Notes: generated by a model not told the origin, from the letters alone. 56,513 nucleotides of DNA from Actinomycetota bacterium (GCA_030603185.1 JAUVYG010000002.1:1-56513); one strand, 5' to 3'. Counted from the stretch's first letter, positions 29,826 to 39,854 are shown. Numbers and translations: made by a program.

Positions 29826-30947
29826 GTGTCCGAAGGTCAGTCAGAATCCAGAGTGGACTATGCAGCCACTGGTGTTGATACCGGTGAGCGCTTCGAGACT
29901 GGTCTCGCAGCTCTTCTAGCCTCAACGAATAGAACATTCTCGTATCCCCTGAATAATCCGCCCGCCATGGACAACGGATTCTTTGCCAATGTTGTAAAGG
30001 TCTCCGACGAACTTGGTATTGCTGTGTCCACCGATGGTGTCGGCAGCAAGATTCTCATAGCTGAGTTGCTTGAGAAGTACGATGGGCTAGGCGCTGACCT
30101 AGTTGCGATGAATGCTAACGACGTTATATGCGTAGGTTCCAGACCCGTAGCATTGGTGGACTACATCGCGGTCCAAGGGATAGATGATAAGTTCCTTGCA
30201 GAGTTCGGCGAAGGACTTCGCGAAGGATGCCGACAAGCTCGGATAAGCGTACCAGCCGGAGAGATTGCACAGGTTCCGGCTATGATCAAAGGGGTGCGTG
30301 AGGGCAAGGGATTCGACCTTGTGGGCACTTGCATCAAGACGGTCGACCTAGATTCGATCATTGATGGATCCAACGTTACCGCCGGAAACGTCATCATCGG
30401 TATTCCCTCATCGGGCATCCACAGTAACGGCCTCACTCTTGCACGCAAGGTACTGATAGGGGAGGGCTCTCCTGACGAGTGCCTGTCATCCCTAGAGTCC
30501 GTATCAAAAGAGGTCGGGCGAGACGTCGGGACCGAGCTACTGGAGCCAACACGGATATACGTAGATGAAGTGATGGCTGTTATCGACGCAGATATTCCGT
30601 TGGCTGGAATCGTTCATGTGACCGGGGATGGCTTTCTCAACCTTCTTAGACTCAAGAGCGAAGTCTCGTATCGAATCGAGGCGTTGCCTCAGACCCCTGC
30701 CATATTCGATCTCATCCAGGAAAGAGGCGGAATCTCCGACTCAGAGATGTATACGGTTTTCAATATGGGAGTAGGTCTCTGCTTAGTTGTACCTGAAGAC
30801 TCGGTCGGCCGTACACTAGCTGCCCTGTCGAGTGTTGGGTGTGATGATGCAGCCGTCATCGGATCGGTCTCAGCCGGAGACCCTGAGCGGACAGTTTATA
30901 TCGAACCAAAACAGCTTGTAGGAACTGGCAAGACTTTTACGAGGTGA
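29826..30947 (+). CDS. AIR-synthase family protein, PurM-like (phosphoribosylformylglycinamidine cyclo-ligase-like)
   Basis: ...YAATGVDTG..., ...STDGVGSKILIA..., ...GADLVAMNANDVICVGSRPVALVDYIA..., ...SSGIHSNGLTLARK..., ...VHVTGDGF... and ...MYTVFNMGVGL... parallel PurM motifs (DGVGTK etc.). The GTG start is 1 nt after the ribH stop. Confidence 0.75.
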   Translation: MSEGQSESRVDYAATGVDTGERFETGLAALLASTNRTFSYPLNNPPAMDNGFFANVVKVSDELGIAVSTDGVGSKILIAELLEKYDGLGADLVAMNANDVICVGSRPVALVDYIAVQGIDDKFLAEFGEGLREGCRQARISVPAGEIAQVPAMIKGVREGKGFDLVGTCIKTVDLDSIIDGSNVTAGNVIIGIPSSGIHSNGLTLARKVLIGEGSPDECLSSLESVSKEVGRDVGTELLEPTRIYVDEVMAVIDADIPLAGIVHVTGDGFLNLLRLKSEVSYRIEALPQTPAIFDLIQERGGISDSEMYTVFNMGVGLCLVVPEDSVGRTLAALSSVGCDDAAVIGSVSAGDPERTVYIEPKQLVGTGKTFTR

Positions 30948-30951
30948 CTCG

Positions 30952-31899
30952 GTGACTAGTCGGGCGAAGAACATCATCCTGGCCGTCGCCCTAGTAGGGC
31001 TATTCGTGTTAGTCGTCACGTTGTACGGTCAAGATCCAAGCGAGACCCCGTCTACTATCGAGAATTCTACTCCCGAGTACCCCTTCACATTCATTGATGA
31101 TGTGGGTCGCAAGATCACCGTCGAAGAGGCTCCGACACGGATAGTATCGCTGGATGCTTCCTTGACCGAGATTCTGTTCCACCTTGGGGTCGGAGAACGA
31201 GTCATGGGTGTGGACGACCGTTCCAACCATCCAGCAGGAGCGGGCGCTGTCGCATCAGTGGGGTCGAGTGTTTCACCTGACCTTGCTGCCATGGGCAGTG
31301 CCGTTCCGCAGATCGTTCTTGCAATAGAGGAACCGTTCGAGCCGGAACTGATACTCGCACACGCAGCCCTAGTCGTCTTGAACATGGGAGGGCTTGAGGA
31401 CATGTACCGATCAATGGGTTTGGTCGGGCGAATTTCCGGTATATCTACTGACGCCGACGCAGCTATCTCTTCTATGCGTGCAAGGCAGAGTTCTTTGGCC
31501 CGAAGGATTGCGGGAAAGGAGCCAGTCTCAGTCTATGTGGAGCTAGGTCCGGAAAGCCGAGGGGCCGGGGCCAATCTCGATTTTATCGAGGAGGTCTTGG
31601 GTCTTGCTGGATCGAAAATGGTTCTGCCCGGTAACGGCGTTGCCTATGATCCAGAGCGAATCGGTGTTATCGAGGCCCTCAATCCCGATTTCTTGCTGAT
31701 TCTCGATCCTTCGTCCAGTGCTGATCAAGTTCTGAGTCGCCCTGGCTGGGATGACTTCCTTGCCAAGTCGCAGTCCCAAATTGTCGGTCCCAGTGATATT
31801 GAGATCGATACTATCCTGCGGCCGGGACCCAGGTCTCTAGACGGCGTTGAGCGGTTGATAGAGTACTTCCACCCAAAGGGCCAGGGGCTACCCCAGTGA
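30952..31899 (+). CDS. Periplasmic-binding-protein type 2 family solute-binding protein (BtuF/siderophore-type), membrane-anchored
   Basis: N-terminal TM anchor (IILAVALVGLFVLVVTLY), then ...PTRIVSLDASLTEILFHLGVGERVMGVDDRSNHP..., typical of BtuF/FhuD-class binding proteins. No permease or ATPase genes are adjacent. Confidence 0.65.
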   Translation: MTSRAKNIILAVALVGLFVLVVTLYGQDPSETPSTIENSTPEYPFTFIDDVGRKITVEEAPTRIVSLDASLTEILFHLGVGERVMGVDDRSNHPAGAGAVASVGSSVSPDLAAMGSAVPQIVLAIEEPFEPELILAHAALVVLNMGGLEDMYRSMGLVGRISGISTDADAAISSMRARQSSLARRIAGKEPVSVYVELGPESRGAGANLDFIEEVLGLAGSKMVLPGNGVAYDPERIGVIEALNPDFLLILDPSSSADQVLSRPGWDDFLAKSQSQIVGPSDIEIDTILRPGPRSLDGVERLIEYFHPKGQGLPQ

Positions 31900-32435
31900 C
31901 TGCATCAAAGAGGACTGGGCTGGTCCAAGCGTATACCGGTGAAGGCAAAGGAAAGACAACTGCTGCAATCGGCCTTGCCGTTAGAGCCTGCGGCTCAGGA
32001 ATGACGGTTTCTATTCTTCAGTTCCTGAAGGAAGGGGGGCCGACCCCATCGTCAGAAATAGCCCCCCTCAGGGATCTGCTTGGAGTCTCTGTCGACCAAT
32101 ACGGAAGAAGCTCCATATACACCCCAAAACCCAGTCGCATGCAGGTCATGGATAGGATTGCAATTGGGTTTACACAGGCTGAGCGAATCCTGAAGGATGG
32201 GTCGTGCGATCTATTGATCTTGGATGAAGTCCTTGTCGCTGTTTCCTTTGGCCTCGCAGACGAACAGCGGCTGATTGAACTCATCAATGCTCGTCCCGAC
32301 AGCGTTGAGATAGTACTTACCGGACGCGGTCTTACTGAAGATGTATCCGGATACTGCGACCTCATCACCGAAATGCGCCCGGTAAAGCACCCCTACGCAT
32401 CTGGAATCACTGCCCGAAAGGGCATTGAGTACTAG
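31896..32435 (+). CDS. cobO: Cob(I)yrinic acid a,c-diamide / corrinoid adenosyltransferase (CobO/BtuR/CobA type)
   Basis: ...GLVQAYTGEGKGKTTAAIGLAVRACGSGMTVSILQFLK... (P-loop), ...LLILDEVL... and ...VLTGRG...DLITEMRPVKHPY... match the CobA/CobO family. GTGA overlap with the preceding gene. Confidence 0.85.
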   Translation: MTASKRTGLVQAYTGEGKGKTTAAIGLAVRACGSGMTVSILQFLKEGGPTPSSEIAPLRDLLGVSVDQYGRSSIYTPKPSRMQVMDRIAIGFTQAERILKDGSCDLLILDEVLVAVSFGLADEQRLIELINARPDSVEIVLTGRGLTEDVSGYCDLITEMRPVKHPYASGITARKGIEY

Positions 32436-32465
32436 GCCGGCTGGCTTTCTGATAATCTCGTCTGT

Positions 32466-32837
32466 ATGCAAAGCAATGAAGTTCCAGTCAAGGCCATACG
32501 TGGCGCAATAACCGTTGCGGATGACTCAGAGCCTGAGATCCTATCCGCAACCATCGAGCTGCTGAAGTCCATTCTTGAGAAGAATGGACTTCAGCCCAGT
32601 GAGATCATATCGATTGTTTTCACGGCTACTCCAGATATTACTGCCGCATTCCCAGCAAAGGCAGGGCGAGAGATGGGGCTGGCAAATGTCCCTCTGCTTT
32701 GCTGTAGTGAGCTTGACATCGAAGGAATGCTGCCAAGGTGTATCCGAGTGATGTTGCATGCCTGGATGCCCGAGAAGGACGCAAGCCATATCTACTTGAG
32801 GGAAGCTGTCAAACTGAGACGGGATTTAACCCAGTAG
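32466..32837 (+). CDS. aroH: Chorismate mutase, AroH class
   Basis: 123 aa. ...AIRGAITV..DSEPEIL.AT.ELL..I...N.L....IISIVFTATPDITAAFPAKA.R.MG...VPLLC..ELDIEG.L.RCIRV is the AroH (B. subtilis-type) pattern. Confidence 0.85.
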   Translation: MQSNEVPVKAIRGAITVADDSEPEILSATIELLKSILEKNGLQPSEIISIVFTATPDITAAFPAKAGREMGLANVPLLCCSELDIEGMLPRCIRVMLHAWMPEKDASHIYLREAVKLRRDLTQ

Positions 32838-32905
32838 TATTTTCGCACCAGTCACTGGTATCATTATCAGTTCTAGATTCAATACACACGCAGGTTAGGT
32901 GATAC

Positions 32906-33925
32906 GTGATGATGATTATTATGCGAGGAGATGCAGATCAGCAACAAGTTGATCATGTCCTCGAGCGTTTACGCGAAAAGGGCGTTGAGACTCACATCTC
33001 TAAGGGAGCCTTCAAAACGGTCATTGGGATCGTTGGCGACAAAGAGAAGTTAACCTCTGTTCCTATCGAGGCAATGCCGGGTGTCGACGAGGTCATTCAG
33101 ATCCTTAAGCCATTCAAGCTTGCCAGCTCCCAATTCAAATCAGAAAAGACCATCGTCAATGTGAACGGTGTTGAGGTCGGGGGCGACACTCTTTGTGTTA
33201 TAGCAGGCCCATGCTCTGTGGAAAGCCATGAACAGATCCTTGCAGCAGCTCGTGGCGCTAAAGCTGCGGGTGCAAAAATGCTTCGGGGTGGAGCGTTCAA
33301 GCCCCGATCGTCACCTTATTCCTTCCAAGGCCTTCGCGAGGAAGGGCTTAAAATGCTTGCCGACGCACGAGAGGAGACAGGACTACCAGTCGTCACCGAG
33401 GTGCTGGACGTACGCGATGTTGACCTCATCGCACAGTATGCAGATGTTCTTCAGGTCGGCACACGGAACATGTCCAACTTCCAGCTCCTCACCGAGCTTG
33501 GTGTAGCCAAGAAACCAGTCTTGCTCAAGAGAGGGATGGGGGCCACTATCGAAGAGCTCATCATGGCAGCTGAGTACGTCCTCAGAGAAGGTAATGGAGA
33601 TGTCATCCTTTGTGAGCGCGGTATCCGTACCTTTGAGACGTACACGCGAAATACTGTGGATATTGCTGCCATTCCAGTCGCGCATCATCTTTCACATCTA
33701 CCGATAATGCTGGACCCGAGTCATTCCACGGGGAAACGTGAGCTTGTCTCACCGATTTCTAGGGCTGCAATCGCTGCTGGGGCCGATGGGATAATCGTCG
33801 AGGTTCATCCTAACCCCGAGGAAGCTCTGTGTGACGGATCACAGTCGTTGGATATCCCAATGTTTGAGGATCTAATGGAAGAGCTCGATAGAGTCGGTCG
33901 GGCAGTGGGAAGGCCGATCCACTAG
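32906..33925 (+). CDS. 3-deoxy-7-phosphoheptulonate (DAHP) synthase, class I-beta with an N-terminal ferredoxin-like regulatory domain
   Basis: A roughly 70-aa N-terminal ACT/FL-like module precedes ...IAGPCSVES..., ...[19 protein letters not shown]..., ...VGTRNMSNF..., ...KRGM..., ...[11 protein letters not shown]... and ...DPSHSTG.... Confidence 0.88.
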   Translation: MMMIIMRGDADQQQVDHVLERLREKGVETHISKGAFKTVIGIVGDKEKLTSVPIEAMPGVDEVIQILKPFKLASSQFKSEKTIVNVNGVEVGGDTLCVIAGPCSVESHEQILAAARGAKAAGAKMLRGGAFKPRSSPYSFQGLREEGLKMLADAREETGLPVVTEVLDVRDVDLIAQYADVLQVGTRNMSNFQLLTELGVAKKPVLLKRGMGATIEELIMAAEYVLREGNGDVILCERGIRTFETYTRNTVDIAAIPVAHHLSHLPIMLDPSHSTGKRELVSPISRAAIAAGADGIIVEVHPNPEEALCDGSQSLDIPMFEDLMEELDRVGRAVGRPIH

Positions 33926-33926
33926 A

Positions 33927-35039
33927 GTGGATTTTCCCACCAAGATCACCATTGCCGGGGTCGGCCTTATTGGTGGCTCCATAGGAATGATTCTGCGCGA
34001 CCGTGAGAATCCTCCTGAAATAGTGGGATTCGGACACCGCCAATCAACTCTTGACACAGCTATGGATCGTGGTGCGATCGATTGGGGAACCACCGATCTT
34101 GCCGTTGCCGTAGAAGGAACAGATCTTCTGATCATTTGTACACCGGTACGCGGGATCATTCCCCTTCTTGAAAAGGCTGCACCAAACCTTAAAACAGGCT
34201 GCATCGTCACTGATGTTGGTAGCACCAAGAAGTTCTTGGTCGAAGAGGCTGAACGGGTCATCGGTTCCGGGGTACATTTTGTCGGGGGCCACCCGATGGC
34301 AGGTTCCGAAATGACTGGAATCGGCTCTGCGACTCCGAATCTGTTCAGAGGCGCATTCTACATACTTACTCCTACCTCTCTGACCGAATCCGGTCCTCTG
34401 GCAGTCATGCAGCAGCTAGCCGCTCATTGCGGTGCTAGGGTCGTCACGCTTTCACCCGATGTCCATGACGCGATGATGGCCACCATCAGCCACATGCCAC
34501 ACATGGTGTCATCTGCACTTGTGAATGCTGCGAGCCAGGCTCAGCATGTGCACGCAGAGGCTGATCTGCTGGCTCTTGCTGCTGGTGGATTTCGAGATAT
34601 GACCCGTATTGCCGCTTCCTCATCGGATGTCTGGGTGGATATTTGCATGACAAACCGAACTGAGACAGTGGATGCGATTGAGAGCTTCAGGAAACACCTC
34701 GGGAATATCTCGGATGCAATAGGTAGTGGTGACGAAGGAACACTGCGCAGCCTGCTTGATTCCGCTCGGGAACTTCGCGCTGCGCTTCCGGGATCTATCC
34801 CAGCCGAGGAGGTAGCCGTCAGGTTGAGAGTATTGATTCCCGACAAGCCAGGTGTTGTCAGCGAGGTCACTAAGATCGTGGGGCAAAATGACCTGAACGT
34901 GCTTGACCTTGAGCTGCTCCACCTGAAAGATGGAGAGGAGGCTGTACTTGAGCTGTCGTTCTCCAGTGAGAGCGACCTCAGGACGGCCGAGACGGTTCTA
35001 AGGGATAATGGCTACTATTCGTCTTTGATCAGTAGGTGA
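33927..35039 (+). CDS. tyrA: Prephenate dehydrogenase with a C-terminal ACT domain
   Basis: GTG start. Rossmann motif ITIAGVGLIGGSIG, then ...VTDVGSTK..., ...FVGGHPMAGSE... and ...SHMPHMVSSAL.... The C-terminal ...VLIPDKPGVVSEVTKIVGQNDLNV... is ACT-like. Confidence 0.87.
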   Translation: MDFPTKITIAGVGLIGGSIGMILRDRENPPEIVGFGHRQSTLDTAMDRGAIDWGTTDLAVAVEGTDLLIICTPVRGIIPLLEKAAPNLKTGCIVTDVGSTKKFLVEEAERVIGSGVHFVGGHPMAGSEMTGIGSATPNLFRGAFYILTPTSLTESGPLAVMQQLAAHCGARVVTLSPDVHDAMMATISHMPHMVSSALVNAASQAQHVHAEADLLALAAGGFRDMTRIAASSSDVWVDICMTNRTETVDAIESFRKHLGNISDAIGSGDEGTLRSLLDSARELRAALPGSIPAEEVAVRLRVLIPDKPGVVSEVTKIVGQNDLNVLDLELLHLKDGEEAVLELSFSSESDLRTAETVLRDNGYYSSLISR

Positions 35040-35046
35040 AACTGAA

Positions 35047-36348
35047 GTGATTCTAAGAGTCGAGGGCATTGGCCCTTTAAAGGGGGGCCTGAAGGTTCCC
35101 GGAGATAAATCGATATCGCACAGAAGCTTGATATCAGCGTCCATAGCGGAGGGATACTCCGAGATCAGTGGGCTCAGTAGTGGCCAGGATGTCCTGTCCA
35201 CTTTGTCCTGCTTGAGACAGCTTGGTATTGGGATAGCAATAGACGGCAACAACTGTCGAGTTGAGGGTCGTGGGTTGAAGGGCTTCATCGAGCCCGACGA
35301 CGTACTGGATGCTGGGAATAGTGGAACCACCCTTAGAATGCTTCCGGGATTGCTGTCCGGCCAGTCATTCCTGACTACGATGACGGGAGACAGTTCTCTC
35401 AGGAAACGCCCGATGGGCAGGATCATTGAGCCACTCAGTCTTATGGGTGCAAAGATCTGGGCTCGAGACGGAAACCGCTTGGCTCCTATGTCAATCAAAG
35501 GTACTCAGCTTAGCCCCATGGAATATGAACTACCCGTCGCTAGCGCACAAGTTAAGAGTGCCATCATATATGCAGGGCTAATGGCTGAAGGTGTCACGGA
35601 GATAATCGAACCATCACAAAGTAGAGATCATACGGAGCGGCAACTGGAGTTTCTCGGGGCCGATATTTCAATTGATGTTGTGGGCGGGAAAAGACACATA
35701 AAGGTCGTGGGAGGCTCCACTTTCACTGGAGGTCTATTCGAGGTTCCTGCGGACATATCGTCCGCCGCGTTTTTCATGGTTGCGGCCACCCTCGTGCCCG
35801 GCTCCAAAGTGGTTCTTGAGGACGTTGGTCTGAACGAGACCAGAACAGGAATTCTTGAAGTCCTCAAGTCAATGGGCGCGTTTATCGTTACCGACAATGT
35901 TCGAGTGGTGGGTAAAGAGGAAATAGGCCGAATCACGGTCAACAGCAGTCCGCTGCTTCCAGTCACAGTCCGAGGCGAGACTATCCCTAAAGTCATTGAT
36001 GAGATTCCGATACTTGCGGTAGCCGCGACTCAGGCAACTGGGGTAACAGGGATTCGAAATGCCTCTGAGCTTAGAGTGAAGGAGTCGGATCGCATTGCTG
36101 CTCTTGCTCGTGAGCTCACGAAGATGGGGGCAGTAATAGAAGAGCTTCCGGACGGCATGATCATTCGCGGCCCATCTAAACTCCATGGGGCCAAGGTCAA
36201 CAGCCACGGGGACCATCGAATCGCTATGGCATTGGCTGTGGCAGCACTTGTAGCGGAGGGTGTGACAGAAATATCCGATGCAGAGTGTGTGAGTATCTCT
36301 TACCCCTCGTTTGCGCAGGATCTAGCATCTCTTGGCGGAACTGCTTGA
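35047..36348 (+). CDS. aroA: 3-phosphoshikimate 1-carboxyvinyltransferase (EPSP synthase)
   Basis: ...VPGDKSISHRSL..., ...LDAGNSGTTLRML.G.L..., ...GDSSLRKRPMGR..., ...ASAQVKSA..., ...RVKESDRI... and ...HGDHRIAMA.... Confidence 0.93.
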   Translation: MILRVEGIGPLKGGLKVPGDKSISHRSLISASIAEGYSEISGLSSGQDVLSTLSCLRQLGIGIAIDGNNCRVEGRGLKGFIEPDDVLDAGNSGTTLRMLPGLLSGQSFLTTMTGDSSLRKRPMGRIIEPLSLMGAKIWARDGNRLAPMSIKGTQLSPMEYELPVASAQVKSAIIYAGLMAEGVTEIIEPSQSRDHTERQLEFLGADISIDVVGGKRHIKVVGGSTFTGGLFEVPADISSAAFFMVAATLVPGSKVVLEDVGLNETRTGILEVLKSMGAFIVTDNVRVVGKEEIGRITVNSSPLLPVTVRGETIPKVIDEIPILAVAATQATGVTGIRNASELRVKESDRIAALARELTKMGAVIEELPDGMIIRGPSKLHGAKVNSHGDHRIAMALAVAALVAEGVTEISDAECVSISYPSFAQDLASLGGTA

Positions 36349-37019
36349 TCATTACCATCGACGGACCCGCAGGGTCCGGAAAGAGCACTACGGCGCGTGG
36401 CGTTGCCCGGTATCTTGACGGTCAATATTTGGATACAGGAGCGATGTATCGGGCCATTACTCTTGGGGTTCTAAGAAATAGTCCGGGGTCAACCGATTCG
36501 ACGGATGCAGTGTCTGTTGCCGCTGACTCTGTGATCGAATTAGGGCATCTCGATGATGGATCCCAATGGATCAAGCTCAATGGCGAAGATGTGTCCCTGG
36601 CGATTCGCGAACCGCTGGTTAACGAAAACGTCTCCTGGGTCTCTGCGGTTCCGGAAGTCCGCACAGCTATGGTGACTCTCCAACGAGAGATCGGCGCAAG
36701 AGTCAGCGAAACTAACGGTTTCCTTGTCGCTGAGGGTCGTGACATGGGAACTGTGGTGTTCACCGACGCTGAGTTGAAAATTTATCTGACTGCCGATGTA
36801 GCGGTCAGGGCCTCACGAAGAGGGCAAGATCTCGTTGCCCAGGGGCACGGAGTGAGCCAGTCTGAGGTCGCTGAATCTCTAGTCAAGAGGGACCGCCTGG
36901 ATTCTGATCGGGAGATAGACCCACTAAGACCCGCTGATGACGCCGTAATGGTTGATACGAGCAACCTTACTGCCGACCAGGTAATCTCCAATATCGCTGA
37001 GATGGCTTGTGGCCGCTAA
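36345..37019 (+). CDS. cmk: Cytidylate kinase
   Basis: Start placed at TTG 36345, overlapping the aroA stop (TTGA): (M)IITIDGPAGSGKSTTARGVA...LDTGAMYRA.... The track ORF's earlier ATG lies inside aroA. Confidence 0.9.
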   Translation: MIITIDGPAGSGKSTTARGVARYLDGQYLDTGAMYRAITLGVLRNSPGSTDSTDAVSVAADSVIELGHLDDGSQWIKLNGEDVSLAIREPLVNENVSWVSAVPEVRTAMVTLQREIGARVSETNGFLVAEGRDMGTVVFTDAELKIYLTADVAVRASRRGQDLVAQGHGVSQSEVAESLVKRDRLDSDREIDPLRPADDAVMVDTSNLTADQVISNIAEMACGR

Positions 37020-37677
37020 GAGAACCCGTAGAGCAAAGATCCTATGGGTGATTTTCACATACACGATCAAGGTTGCCATGCTTGCCTTCCGAGTCCGAAT
37101 ACACGGAAGAGAATCTGTACCAAAGAATGGGCCCGTAATACTTGCTTCCAATCACACTAGCTACATCGACCCCCCTCTGTTAGCTATGGCGATGATGCCC
37201 CAGTTCATCAGCTTCATGGCAAAAGAATCACTCTTTGAAGTGCCGGTCTTAGGGTCGTTCATCACCGGGCTTGGGGCGTTTCCAGTGAGAAGGAGTAAGG
37301 GTGACCGACAGAGCATCAAGGCTGCATTAGCAGTCCTGAAAGAGGAAGGATTTCTGGGAATATTTCCGCAGGGCGCCCGCACCCTTAGCTCCGAGATCGA
37401 GATCGAGCAAGGTGTATCTCTGCTAGCATCTCAAGGAAACGCCCAGGTAGTACCCATCGGTATCCGAGGTGCCGGGAAGGTTTGGGTTGGGGGCAGATTC
37501 CCTATCCGCTTTCCGCGTATCGAGGTATTTTTCGGGGAGGCCATTACGTGGGATGAGGTTGTCGACGAAGGCTCCAAGGGCAAAGCGGCAAGACAAGAGT
37601 TCTCTGACGCTCTTTCGCTGAGGATATCCGCCCTAGCTGGGCATGATAAAATCGAAGTCGTCCATAAATCCCGATGA
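37009..37677 (+). CDS. plsC: 1-acyl-sn-glycerol-3-phosphate acyltransferase
   Basis: Contains the HxxxxD catalytic motif (ASNHTSYIDP), plus ...FPEG/FPQGARTL... and ...VPIGIRG... blocks. Confidence 0.82.
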   Translation: MAAKRTRRAKILWVIFTYTIKVAMLAFRVRIHGRESVPKNGPVILASNHTSYIDPPLLAMAMMPQFISFMAKESLFEVPVLGSFITGLGAFPVRRSKGDRQSIKAALAVLKEEGFLGIFPQGARTLSSEIEIEQGVSLLASQGNAQVVPIGIRGAGKVWVGGRFPIRFPRIEVFFGEAITWDEVVDEGSKGKAARQEFSDALSLRISALAGHDKIEVVHKSR

Positions 37678-37689
37678 ATTGGAATCTAC

Positions 37690-38571
37690 GTGCATCAATC
37701 GAACTCTGATAGGGGCCCCCTCAATATTCTGGTCGCTGACGCTGCTGGATTTTGTTTCGGAGTCGAGAGATCGCTTCGACTCGCCCAGGAAGCTTTGGCC
37801 GGTCAGGCTCGACCAGTGCGTAGTCTGGGCCCGCTTATCCATAACCCTCAGGTGATCCAGGAACTGCAAGAGCAGGGACTGACGGTCATCAATGATCCCA
37901 AGATTGCTGACTCAGGAACTGTAGTAGTAAGAAGTCACGGTGTCGGACCGTCAGCAATTGAACAGCTGAATGAGTCCGGCGTTGAAGTAACTGATGGTAC
38001 CTGTCCATTCGTTGGTAAGGCCCAGCGGCACGCAGCCAGACTGGTCGACGAAGGCTACAAGCTTATTGTGGTCGGTGAGCACGATCACCCCGAGGTGAGG
38101 GGGATCGTCGAGCATGCCAGAGGACAGGCTATCGTTGCCGAAAGCGCCGATGATATGCCGGAAGAGCTTGGCGACCGGATCGGCATCGTAGTGCAGACTA
38201 CGCAGTCGTCGAACACCCTACAAGAAATCGTAGCTAGAGCCGCAACCGTTTGTAGTGAGCTTAGAGTTTTCAACACCATTTGCAGTGCCACTATTGAAAG
38301 ACAAGAAGCTGCAGTCGCTGTCGCGAAAAAGGTTGATCTGATGCTAGTGATCGGTGGGCGAAATAGCGGCAATACTCGACGGCTTGTTCAGCTATGTGAA
38401 GGAACAGGCACTGATACGCGACACATTGAGACGGTTGACGAGTTCAGTCCGGACTGGGTGGAATCTCTCTCGAGTATCGGTATAACCGCTGGGGCTTCGA
38501 CTCCATTGTATGCAGTGTCGGACACTGTATCGGCAATAAAAGATGTTCGGTCCGCCAAGGTGGTTGAGTGA
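37690..38571 (+). CDS. ispH: 4-hydroxy-3-methylbut-2-enyl diphosphate reductase
   Basis: ...AAGFCFGVERS..., ...GPLIHNPQV..., ...DGTCPFV..., ...VVGEHDHPEV..., ...NTICSAT... and ...VIGGRNSGNT... carry the three conserved Cys of IspH/LytB. Confidence 0.92.
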   Translation: MHQSNSDRGPLNILVADAAGFCFGVERSLRLAQEALAGQARPVRSLGPLIHNPQVIQELQEQGLTVINDPKIADSGTVVVRSHGVGPSAIEQLNESGVEVTDGTCPFVGKAQRHAARLVDEGYKLIVVGEHDHPEVRGIVEHARGQAIVAESADDMPEELGDRIGIVVQTTQSSNTLQEIVARAATVCSELRVFNTICSATIERQEAAVAVAKKVDLMLVIGGRNSGNTRRLVQLCEGTGTDTRHIETVDEFSPDWVESLSSIGITAGASTPLYAVSDTVSAIKDVRSAKVVE

Positions 38572-39854
38572 TCCCAATCGGTTCGGTCGCCACGGATTCA
38601 CCTGCATATTCAGCTGGGATCCGGTCAGGTGACTCTCTGGTGGAACTGAACGGCAAGCTGCCGACGGATATCTTGGACTACTACTTTCTTGCTGACGATG
38701 CTCAGATCCATTGTGTGACAGTAAAGCCGTCTGGGGACTCTTCCCATGAATATTGGATCCAAAAGGAAATCGGAGAACCCTTGGGGCTGCATTTCAGCGA
38801 GGTAGTCTTCGACAACGTTACAGAGTGCGCGAACCATTGTCGCTTCTGTTTTGTGGATCAAATGCCCAAGGACCTTCGGCAAACGCTTTATGTGAAAGAT
38901 GACGATTATCGGCTTTCGATGCTCTGGGGCAACTTCATCACTCTGACTAATCTTGGCCATGACGAGATTGACCGGATCATCGAGCAGCGGTTTTCGCCAC
39001 TATACGTATCACTACATGCCACCGACTTGGATGTCTATTCTGATCTTGTCAGGCCTGGGAAGGGTGCGGCTCAACCGTTTGACGTACTTGAATCTCTGCT
39101 AGAGGCTGAACTTAGTGTTCACATCCAGATCGTTCTGTGTGCAGGGTTCAATGATGGCGTTGTTCTTTCAAGGACGCTGCATGACCTGACAGTGGGAAGG
39201 TTTTCCGAAGTACAAAGTGTCGGCATTGTCCCCGCCGGTGTCACCAGGTTCAGCCCCCCAAAGTCCGGCATTCGCCCCTTTAGGCCTGACGAGGCCTCTG
39301 TTGTGATAGAGCAGGTTCATGCTTTTGCCAAGCACGAAAAGGTGTTTCTTGCAGACGAGTTCTACCTGCTGAAGGGTGATAGGATTCCCATCGACGCTGA
39401 GTATCAGGACTACCCGCAGTTGGAGAACGGTATAGGAATAGCTAGGCAATTTATAGATGGTTTTAGGAGAGAGCTTCAGGGCATGTCGGCGAACAATTCT
39501 GCGGCTGTAGTGACCTTGGTCACAGGAGAGCTAATTTCCTCCGTCATGAATAGTCTTATCGGTGAGTTCAACCTGAAGACAGGGGCAAATGTTAGGGTTA
39601 TTGCAGTGCACAATCAGTTTTTTGGGGGCAACGTAGGCGTGGCGCCCCTTCTTACGGGTCAGGACATTATGGGTGCCCTTTCCGGTGCAAGTGGTAGGGT
39701 GTTAATTCCCGACAATATTTTCAATACTGATGGCCTCACACTGGATGGATTTCGAATCGAAAACATTACCGACTCCAAGAATATGGAACTTATCGCTGCG
39801 CCCGTAGACGGATCAGAATTCGCTGAATTTCTTCTAAGGTGTACAGCGGCATGA
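38568..39854 (+). CDS. PDZ + DUF512 protein (radical-SAM-like CxxxCxxC), conserved partner upstream of der
   Basis: N-terminal PDZ-like segment (...SPAYSAGIRSGDSLVELNG...). A Cys cluster CANHCRFC is followed by ...DDDYRLSMLWGNFITLTNL..., characteristic of DUF512 proteins. GTGA overlap with ispH and ATGA overlap with der. Confidence 0.75.
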   Translation: MIPIGSVATDSPAYSAGIRSGDSLVELNGKLPTDILDYYFLADDAQIHCVTVKPSGDSSHEYWIQKEIGEPLGLHFSEVVFDNVTECANHCRFCFVDQMPKDLRQTLYVKDDDYRLSMLWGNFITLTNLGHDEIDRIIEQRFSPLYVSLHATDLDVYSDLVRPGKGAAQPFDVLESLLEAELSVHIQIVLCAGFNDGVVLSRTLHDLTVGRFSEVQSVGIVPAGVTRFSPPKSGIRPFRPDEASVVIEQVHAFAKHEKVFLADEFYLLKGDRIPIDAEYQDYPQLENGIGIARQFIDGFRRELQGMSANNSAAVVTLVTGELISSVMNSLIGEFNLKTGANVRVIAVHNQFFGGNVGVAPLLTGQDIMGALSGASGRVLIPDNIFNTDGLTLDGFRIENITDSKNMELIAAPVDGSEFAEFLLRCTAA

